Origin: Candidatus Sericytochromatia bacterium
GTDB lineage: Bacteria > Cyanobacteriota > Sericytochromatia > S15B-MN24 > UBA4093
Reading direction: 5' to 3'
Assembly (NCBI GenBank): GCA_036676495.1
Contig: JAKFCT010000007.1
Span: forward strand, 1-49,562
DNA length: 49,562 nucleotides
The number at the start of each line of letters is the position of its first letter. Within the stretch, counting starts at the first letter, position 1. The notes below the pieces were generated by a model. That model saw only the letters and a list, made by a program, of their open reading frames with translations, did not search any database and was not told the DNA's origin. A program made the translations under genes and the position numbers. Below, piece after piece: positions 37,263 to 44,627 of the stretch.

Positions 37263-39443
37263 CTAGAACTCGGGCGTCTGGAGGCGCTGGGCGAGGCGGG
37301 TGTAGCGGGCGTTGCCCTCGACGTTGCGCAGGGCCATGGCGATCGCCTTCTTGGTCCCCACGATCACGACCCGCTTCTTGGCCCGTGTGAGCCCGGTGTA
37401 CAGGAGGTTGCGCTGCAGCATGGGGTAATGCTGCATGGTCAGCGGCATGACCACCACTGGGTACTCGCTGCCCTGGCTCTTGTGGACGGTGATGGCGTAA
37501 GCGAGGGCCAGCTCGTTGAGCTCGTGGAACTCGTAGCGCACCGATTGGTCCCAGAAGCTGACCATCAGCTCCTGCTCCTCCAGGTCGATGGAGGAGACGA
37601 TCCCCGTGTCCCCGTTGAAGGCGCCCTTGTCGTAGTTGTTGCGCAGCTGGATGACCTTGTCGCCCGCCCGGAAGGAGCGACCGCCGGACTGCGCCACCGC
37701 GTCACCCGGCTTGAGGGGGTTGAGAGCATCCTGCAGGACCCCGTTGAGGTGGTTGGCGCCGGGAATGCCGCGGTTCATCGGGCAGAGCACCTGGATGTCC
37801 TCGCGCGGATGGTAGCCCAGGCGCTTTGCGAGCGACCTGGAGACGATCTGGGCGATCTTGCCCGGGACCTCCTCGGGCTCGTCCACTGGCACGAAGTAGG
37901 AATCGCTCTTTTGCTTGCCGTCCGGGATCACCAGCTCGGGCATGAGGCCCCGGTTGATCCGGTGGGCGTTGGCTACCAGCTGAGAGCCCTCGGCCTGCCG
38001 GAAGACCTCGGTGAGGCGCGCCTGCGGCACGACGCCCGACTCCAGCATGTCCTGCAGCACTCGCCCGGCGCCCACGCTCGGCAGCTGATCGGCGTCTCCC
38101 ACGAACAACAGCTGCGCGCTGTCCGGCACGGCCTTGAGCAAGCTGTTGGTGAGCGTGAGGTCGATCATCGAGGCCTCGTCCACGATGATCACGTCGCCCG
38201 CCAGCGGGTTGTCGGCGTTGCGTGAGAAGGCCATCTTCTCGGGGGTGAACTCCAGCAGCCGGTGCAGGGTCTTGGCCTCGCCTCCGGTGACCTCGCTGAG
38301 GCGCTTGGCCGCGCGCCCGGTGGGACTGGCCAGCAGAACCCGCTTGCCCAGCCGCTCGAAGAGCTTGAGGATGGCGCGGGTGGTGGTGGTCTTGCCGGTG
38401 CCGGGGCCTCCGGTCAGGATGAAGCAGCGGTTCTTCACGGCTTCGAGGACGGCGGCGCGCTGCTGCGCGGCAAGAGTCAGGTCCTCCGTGGCCTCCAGCT
38501 CCGAGAGCTGCTCGGCGAGCTCGGTCGCATCCATGGGCAGCGGGTTGGACGACAGCGCCCGCAAGCGGTTGGCGACGCCGATCTCGCAGTAGTACAGAGG
38601 AGGCAGGTAGATCGCCGTTTCCTCGGCCATGAGGGCCTTGTCCTCGATCATGGGCGCGATGACGGCTTCCAGGCGCTCGGGCTCGATCTTCAGGACCTCG
38701 GCGGCTTCTGCGATCAGCTCCTCGCGCGGCAGGTAGACATGGCCCGAGTCGGAGGCCTGGCCCAGCACGTAGAGGAGGCCGGCGCGTAGGCGGCCGATGG
38801 AGTCCGGGGCGACTCCGAGGGCCTGGGCGATCTTGTCCGCGGTGATGAAGCCGATGCCCCAGATCTCCTCGGCGAGCCGGTAGGGGTTCTCGGTGACGAC
38901 CGAGATGGAGTCGTCCCCGTAGGCCTTGTAGATCTTGACGGCGTAGGTGGTGGAGACGCCGTGGCCCTGCAGGAAGACCATGACCTCCTTGATGGCCTTC
39001 TGCTCGATCCAGGCCTTGGCGATGAGCTTGACCCGCTTGGGGCCGACGCCGGGGACCTCGTTGAGGCGCGCGGGCTCCTTGTCGATGATTTCCAGGATGT
39101 CCACGCCGAAGTGCTTGACCATGCGCCGGGCCGTGACGGGCCCGACGCCCTTGATCAGGCCGGAGCCCAGGTACTTCTCGAGGCCGACGACGGTGGCGGG
39201 GGCGAGGACGTCCGAGAAGAGGGCCTTGAACTGGGAGCCGTGCTTGGGGTGGTTGGCCCAGTGGCCGCGCAGACGCAGCGATTCGCCCGCGCTGATCTGG
39301 GCGAAGGTGCCGACCACCGTCACCAGGTCCAGCTCGCGCGGAGCCTTGAGCTTGGCGACGGTATAGCCGTTCTCGGGGTTGTGGTAGGTCACGCGCTCCA
39401 CGATCCCGGTGAGGGTCTGGAGCGGAGTTTGATTGTCGCTCAT
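37263..39443 (-). CDS. recD2: ATP-dependent RecD-like DNA helicase RecD2
   Basis: YLGSGLIKGVG HhH, NPYRL..IWGIGF..AD, GGPGTGKT, DEASM, GDADQLPSVG, FRQ, HKSQGSEY, LLYTGLTRAK. Confidence 0.95.
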   Translation of the reverse strand: MSDNQTPLQTLTGIVERVTYHNPENGYTVAKLKAPRELDLVTVVGTFAQISAGESLRLRGHWANHPKHGSQFKALFSDVLAPATVVGLEKYLGSGLIKGVGPVTARRMVKHFGVDILEIIDKEPARLNEVPGVGPKRVKLIAKAWIEQKAIKEVMVFLQGHGVSTTYAVKIYKAYGDDSISVVTENPYRLAEEIWGIGFITADKIAQALGVAPDSIGRLRAGLLYVLGQASDSGHVYLPREELIAEAAEVLKIEPERLEAVIAPMIEDKALMAEETAIYLPPLYYCEIGVANRLRALSSNPLPMDATELAEQLSELEATEDLTLAAQQRAAVLEAVKNRCFILTGGPGTGKTTTTRAILKLFERLGKRVLLASPTGRAAKRLSEVTGGEAKTLHRLLEFTPEKMAFSRNADNPLAGDVIIVDEASMIDLTLTNSLLKAVPDSAQLLFVGDADQLPSVGAGRVLQDMLESGVVPQARLTEVFRQAEGSQLVANAHRINRGLMPELVIPDGKQKSDSYFVPVDEPEEVPGKIAQIVSRSLAKRLGYHPREDIQVLCPMNRGIPGANHLNGVLQDALNPLKPGDAVAQSGGRSFRAGDKVIQLRNNYDKGAFNGDTGIVSSIDLEEQELMVSFWDQSVRYEFHELNELALAYAITVHKSQGSEYPVVVMPLTMQHYPMLQRNLLYTGLTRAKKRVVIVGTKKAIAMALRNVEGNARYTRLAQRLQTPEF

Positions 39444-39499
39444 ACGTTCGATTATCCCGCGAAATCCCTACCCTCGCAAGGGTGCCGACTCTCGCTCAG

Positions 39500-39556
39500 C
39501 CGTCATTCCCGCGAAAGCGGGAATCCACTGGACTCCCGCTTTCGCGGGAGTGACGG
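39500..39556. repeat. REP/dRS3-like palindromic element (two inverted units)
   Basis: CCGTCATTCCCGCGAAAGCGGGAATCCA-C-TGGACTCCCGCTTTCGCGGGAGTGACGG; ATTCCC-N8-GGGAAT core. Confidence 0.8.
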
Positions 39557-39583
39557 GTGGGGGCGTCATCCCTGTTCCGGAGG

Positions 39584-41092
39584 CTAGATCCCCTCGAAGA
39601 GGTATGCGCGCAGCGCCGCCATGTCCGTGCTGGTCAGCGGATAAGGAGGCATCTCGGTATCCGGCAGGTAATCCTGGGGGTGCTGGATCCAGCGGTCGGC
39701 CCAGGGCACCTGGAGGCGATCCGGGGTGTGCCCGAGGTCCGGTGCGAAGCGCCGCGACGCGCTAAGGTCGAGGCCCTTCGGGACCGGGCTCAGGATCGGC
39801 GCGTTGGCGCCCTTGACCTGGTGGCACCATCCGCAGTTCAGCTCCGTGAAGAGCTTCCGGCCCGCCGCCACCTGCTCCTTGGTCCCCCCGACGGTGACCT
39901 CGGCAGGCTGGGGGTAATTCTGCTCGGCGATCCCCTGGAAGTAAGCCAGCAAGGACTCGATCTCGGTGGGCTTCAACGGGAAGCTGGGCATGCGCCCCGG
40001 GTGATCCGGCCGCAGCTCGCGGGGACCGGCCAGGAAGTGCGAGAGCCAACCCTCCCTCACGCGCAGTCCCTCGATGTCCAGGACCGGAGCGAACTTCTCC
40101 CCGCGGCCCTCGATGACGTGGCATCCCCGGCAATTGTACTTGTTGACGATCCGGCGCCCCTCCGCGAGCACGCGGTCCTCGGGCCTCTGGGCCATGGAGT
40201 CCCGGGTCTTGGCGGCCTTCATCGACGGAAGTGCCAGCAGGGCCAGGGCAATCCGGGTGTCCTCCTCGAGCTCCCAGCCATACGTCATGGTCGCGGTGAG
40301 CCGCGGGTGAAGCACGGCGTTGAGATCGCCCTGTCCCGCCAGGACCGACGCGAGCCCCTTGCGAAGCTCGGGTGAAATGGTCTCGATTGCGCGCTTGGGA
40401 GGCGTGCTCAGGCCCGGCATCGTATGGCAGCTGGTGCAGGTCTTCGTCTCGGCGAGCAAGCGGCCCTTTGCCTTGGAGCCGCCCTGGAAGGGAACGTCGT
40501 TGGGAAGGACCGTCCTGTCCAGCAGATAAGCCGTCATGTCCTGGGTTTCGGCTTCCGTCAGGCGGAAGCTCGGCATGACGATGCCCGAATGGTAGTCCTG
40601 CGGCTTCGCGAGGTAGGTGCTCAGCCAGTCCGGACGCACCTTGTGACCCAGGTTGGTGAGGTCGGGAGAGAAATCTCCGCCGTAGTGGCAAGCCAGACAT
40701 TCAAGGGTCTCAAAGAGCTTCTTCCCCTTGGCTGTGTCGCCGATCTTGACGGGTTGTGCGGGGGGAGGGTCTCCCAGCACGAAGGCCGCCAGGTCCTGGA
40801 TCTCCTGGGGAGCCAGGGCGATGCGCGGCATGTTGAGGGAGGTTTCGAGCGCCTCGGGGCTGTGCAGATAGCTCGTGAGCCAGTCGGGCTTCAGCTTGCG
40901 GTTGACGAGCGTCAGGCTGGGAGAGGTTCGGTAGTGCGGATCGGTGCCCGGAATGGTGTGGCAGGCGATGCACTGCTTCTGCTCCATCGCCCGGAAACCG
41001 GGCGTATCCTCGCTGCCGGCTTCGGCTCGGGTGAGGGTGACCCCCAGTAGGCCAGCCAGACCCAGCATGATGCCGATAAACGCTCGCTTCAT
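39584..41092 (-). CDS. Exported pentaheme c-type cytochrome built from tandem class I-like domains
   Basis: Signal peptide; CIACH, CLACH, CTSCH, CRGCH, CGWCH; repeated P.L...W...P...MP pattern; RBS GGAGG. Confidence 0.87.
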   Translation of the reverse strand: MKRAFIGIMLGLAGLLGVTLTRAEAGSEDTPGFRAMEQKQCIACHTIPGTDPHYRTSPSLTLVNRKLKPDWLTSYLHSPEALETSLNMPRIALAPQEIQDLAAFVLGDPPPAQPVKIGDTAKGKKLFETLECLACHYGGDFSPDLTNLGHKVRPDWLSTYLAKPQDYHSGIVMPSFRLTEAETQDMTAYLLDRTVLPNDVPFQGGSKAKGRLLAETKTCTSCHTMPGLSTPPKRAIETISPELRKGLASVLAGQGDLNAVLHPRLTATMTYGWELEEDTRIALALLALPSMKAAKTRDSMAQRPEDRVLAEGRRIVNKYNCRGCHVIEGRGEKFAPVLDIEGLRVREGWLSHFLAGPRELRPDHPGRMPSFPLKPTEIESLLAYFQGIAEQNYPQPAEVTVGGTKEQVAAGRKLFTELNCGWCHQVKGANAPILSPVPKGLDLSASRRFAPDLGHTPDRLQVPWADRWIQHPQDYLPDTEMPPYPLTSTDMAALRAYLFEGI

Positions 41093-41254
41093 TTCATTCC
41101 TCCAGAGGTCGATAGGGCCTCGGCCCCCCATTCCCGTATACCCGGTCTGCTCTTGCTCGGTTGCTGCCGGAAGGTTACAGAGTGTTTCCGCATCTTCGGC
41201 CGAACGCTCGCTCGCGTGCAAAACGAAGCCTCGTTGGGCATAAGATCAGGAATC

Positions 41255-43327
41255 ATGCTGCGCCGACTCACGCTCCTCGCTATGTTAGTGATGCTGCCTC
41301 GCCCGGCCCTGGCTGCCGAGGCGATGGATGGCGAGCAGCTGGATCTCGAGGCGCTGCTCAGCCCTCAGGTCGAGGTCGCCACCAAGCGCCGCCAGGCCCT
41401 GAGCGAAGCCCCCGCCGTCATCGAGGTCCTCACCGCCGAGGACATGCGCGTGCGCGGCTACCAGTCGGTCGCCGAGGCCCTGCGTGCCGTTCCCGGCTTC
41501 TACGTGGCCGACGACCACTTCCTCCCCAGCGTCGGCGTGCGCGGCATTCCCAGCGGCCAGCGGGCCTGGAGCCGGATCGTCAAGGTGATGATCGACGGCA
41601 ACCCCGTTTCCTTCCGCCCTGACGCCTCCAACTTCCTCGGCCCCGAGCTGATTCCCGTCGAGCTGATCAAGCGGATCGAGATCGTGCGCGGCCCCGGCTC
41701 GGCGCTGTACGGCGCGGACGCCTTCCTCGGCGTCATCAACGTCGTCACCCTCTCGGGAGAGGACCTCGCCGGCCGCCACCTGACCACCCAGGCCGGCAAC
41801 TTCGGCCGGAACCCCCAGGCCCTCGCCTCGCTGGCACTCGGTGAACCCCTCCCCTGGGGCAACGCCGAACTGGCACTGGGTGGCATGATGGGCGTCACCG
41901 AGCGCTCGGGAATGGGCCTCGCCGCCACCAGCCCCGCCATCAGCACGCTATCGAGCCTGCAGACGGCCAACGATCGCTCGCTGCCCCGGACCCTCTTCGG
42001 GCGCCTGGGACGCCTGGGGACCCCCGTCGGAGAAGTCTCGCTCGACGGCGGCTACCAGCGCGTGGACGCCTCCGGCGAGTTCCAGGACTGGCGCCCCTTC
42101 ACCCACCAGAGCCGACTGGGCCTGGAGAACCGCTTCGGCCGCGCCACCCTGCGCGGTGGACTCGGCGAGGCCGTCGACACCACCCTCAGCATGGGCTACG
42201 CCCAGGGCAACCCCACCCCCGAGGACCGCCTCGGCATCGGCCGCGACGATTACCTGATCCGCCGCGACATGGCCTCCGAGGCCTGGGACGCCGCCGCCGA
42301 GGCCATGGTCAGCCTGAACGCCCGCGACAGCCTCACGCTTGGCGCCGACTGGTCCCAGACCGACCACCAGCTGCCCACCTACTACGACGTCTTCACCCCC
42401 GCCAGCCCCCGCGCCGGCACGGAGATCCAGGACGGACCCGCCGGGATCTCCCGGCACTTCACCAACCTGGGGCTCTACAGTCAGGGAATCGTCCACCTCG
42501 GCCAATCTCTGGGTGTCACGCTGGGTTTGAGAAGCGATAGCCACTCGATTTACGGCAATGTGCTGAATTCGAGGCTCGGCCTCGTCTCGCCTCTGGCCGA
42601 GGGCGTGACCGGAAAGATCCTCTACGGCACCTCCTTCAAGGCGCCGTCACCCCAGCAGCTCTTCGGGCGCCCCCTGGTCTTTGGAGACATCATCGGGAAC
42701 GAGGCCCTCAGGCCCGAGCGCGCCCAGACCGTCGAGGCCGCGGTCAACTATCAGCCCGTCCACGGCTGGGATCTGGTGGCCAGCACCTACTACACCCACG
42801 TGACCGACAAGGTTGGCTTCGTCACCCAGCGCGGCAACCCCAAGGCCATCAACCAGAACCAGCTCGACTCCGTGGGCGTCGAGGGCGGCCTCAAGTGGAC
42901 GCATCGCGGCCTCTTCGGCATGCTCAACCTCTCGGCCCAGCAGACCGTCTCGCAGGCCCTGGCCCTCGACGAGATCTCGGACTCCGAGGGCCTCGCCGAG
43001 GCTTATCCCGCCCTCATGGCCAACGCGGGCCTGGGAGTGCCGCTGGGAGACTTCACGGCCTACCTCGAGGCGCGCCACGTAGGCGGGGTGCCCGCCACCC
43101 AGTCGAACTTCGCCAATAACGGGCATGTGGCCTACACCCTACCGGCTGCCACGATCTGCGACCTGACCCTGTCGAGCCGGGAGTGGTCGCTGGCCCAGGG
43201 ATCGCTGCGGGGCAGCCTGAAACTTTACAATCTCTTCGACGCGCCGTCGGCCACTCCGGGCTTCGGGGGAGTCGACTACCCGGGCCCGGGACGCATGGTT
43301 CTCTTGAGGATGCAGTATGGCTGGTAG
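41255..43327 (+). CDS. TonB-dependent receptor
   Basis: Signal peptide; plug motifs LEALL..V..ATK....EAPA, RAVPG, IKRIEIVRGPGSALYG..A..GVINVV; barrel KAPS..L, LRPE, NLFD; C-terminal YGW. Confidence 0.9.
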   Translation: MLRRLTLLAMLVMLPRPALAAEAMDGEQLDLEALLSPQVEVATKRRQALSEAPAVIEVLTAEDMRVRGYQSVAEALRAVPGFYVADDHFLPSVGVRGIPSGQRAWSRIVKVMIDGNPVSFRPDASNFLGPELIPVELIKRIEIVRGPGSALYGADAFLGVINVVTLSGEDLAGRHLTTQAGNFGRNPQALASLALGEPLPWGNAELALGGMMGVTERSGMGLAATSPAISTLSSLQTANDRSLPRTLFGRLGRLGTPVGEVSLDGGYQRVDASGEFQDWRPFTHQSRLGLENRFGRATLRGGLGEAVDTTLSMGYAQGNPTPEDRLGIGRDDYLIRRDMASEAWDAAAEAMVSLNARDSLTLGADWSQTDHQLPTYYDVFTPASPRAGTEIQDGPAGISRHFTNLGLYSQGIVHLGQSLGVTLGLRSDSHSIYGNVLNSRLGLVSPLAEGVTGKILYGTSFKAPSPQQLFGRPLVFGDIIGNEALRPERAQTVEAAVNYQPVHGWDLVASTYYTHVTDKVGFVTQRGNPKAINQNQLDSVGVEGGLKWTHRGLFGMLNLSAQQTVSQALALDEISDSEGLAEAYPALMANAGLGVPLGDFTAYLEARHVGGVPATQSNFANNGHVAYTLPAATICDLTLSSREWSLAQGSLRGSLKLYNLFDAPSATPGFGGVDYPGPGRMVLLRMQYGW

Positions 43328-44555
43328 AACGCTTCTGGGACTGCTCGCGCTGACACTCGCCGGTTGCGCGCTGCTGCCGACGACGAGCGCACAGCGCACC
43401 GACACCCTGCGCATCGGAGCCCTGGCGCCGGCCTCCGGCACGAACGCCGAGAAGGGCGATTCGGTCTACAACGGCGTCCGGCTGGCCGTGGCACAGGCCA
43501 ACGCGGCGGGCGGCATCCTGGGCAAGCGCGTGGAGTTGGTCACGGGCGATGACCAGTCGAGCAAGACCGTCGCGCCCAACGTGGCGGCCAACCTGATCGC
43601 CAAGGGCGTGCTGGGCATCGTCGGCAACGTGCAGAGCAGCCTCACGCAGGAGGTCCTCCTGAAGCAGACCCAGCCCAACGGCGTGGTGCTGATCTCTCCG
43701 GCCTCGACCTCTCCGATCTTCAGCGACCCGACGCAAATCGACCACGGCGGCTGGTTCTTCCGGACGATCGCCAACGACGCCCTCCAGGGCAAGGCGCTCT
43801 CGGCCAAGGCCAGAGCGCTCGGCTACCAGAAGCTGGCCGTCCTCTACGTCAACAACACCTACGGTACGGGCCTGGCCTCGGTGCTAAAGCGGGACTTCGA
43901 GGGTGCGGGGCACGCCGCGACGCTGATCCCCTACCCCGAGACCAGCCAGCCGCTTCCCTCCTACGCCGATATCCTCGCTCCCGCCCTGGCCCAGTCGCCG
44001 GACGCCGTCGTGCTGATCGGCTACCCCGGCGAGGGCTCGGTCATCCTGCGGGACTGGATCGTGGGCGGACAGCTGCCAGGACTCAAGTGGCTCTTCAGCG
44101 AGGCGCTGAGGGCCGAGTCATTCGTGGACAACGTCAGCGACAAGACGCGCCTCGAAGGATCCGTGGGCACGGCGCCTCACCTCGAAGGAGCCGCCTACGA
44201 GCGCTTCGCGCAGGCTTACCGCTCGCGCTTCGGCGAGGCGCCCTCTCTCTACGCGGCCAACGCCTACGACGCCGCCATGCTGATGTTCCTGGCCCTCGAA
44301 AGGGGCAAGGAGGCGTCTCGCATTGCACTCAAGGAGAACCTGCATGCGGTCTCGGACGGCTCCGGAGAGGCGGTTCATGCCGGCGAGCTGGAGAAGGCCC
44401 TGGAGGTGGTTCGCGCCGACCGGAAGATCAACTACGAGGGGGCCTCGGGGCCGGTGGACTTCGACGAGCGTGGGGACATCAAGTCCGGGACGTACGTGGT
44501 CTGGCAGATTCGCGACGGCAAGATCGTCAACACGCCCGAAACCTTGACCCCGTGA
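43317..44555 (+). CDS. Branched-chain amino-acid-type (PBP1) substrate-binding lipoprotein; no permease genes nearby
   Basis: Lipobox LAGC; IGAL.P.SG, NAAGGILG, DDQS, SPASTS, FFRT..D..QG, YDAA, YEGASG..DFD..GD; overlaps the TBDR stop. Confidence 0.9.
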   Translation: MAGRTLLGLLALTLAGCALLPTTSAQRTDTLRIGALAPASGTNAEKGDSVYNGVRLAVAQANAAGGILGKRVELVTGDDQSSKTVAPNVAANLIAKGVLGIVGNVQSSLTQEVLLKQTQPNGVVLISPASTSPIFSDPTQIDHGGWFFRTIANDALQGKALSAKARALGYQKLAVLYVNNTYGTGLASVLKRDFEGAGHAATLIPYPETSQPLPSYADILAPALAQSPDAVVLIGYPGEGSVILRDWIVGGQLPGLKWLFSEALRAESFVDNVSDKTRLEGSVGTAPHLEGAAYERFAQAYRSRFGEAPSLYAANAYDAAMLMFLALERGKEASRIALKENLHAVSDGSGEAVHAGELEKALEVVRADRKINYEGASGPVDFDERGDIKSGTYVVWQIRDGKIVNTPETLTP

Positions 44556-44574
44556 GGATGACATGATTCGCCGG

Positions 44575-44583
44575 TGGTATAAT
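44575..44583 (+). promoter_or_regulatory. Extended -10 promoter upstream of the PP2C gene
   Basis: TGgTATAAT about 45 bp upstream of the ATG at 44628. Confidence 0.55.
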
Positions 44584-44627
44584 CCCCTTGCAACCAGCTG
44601 TTTGCAAGGGGGCCAGAGGGGGGAGCC

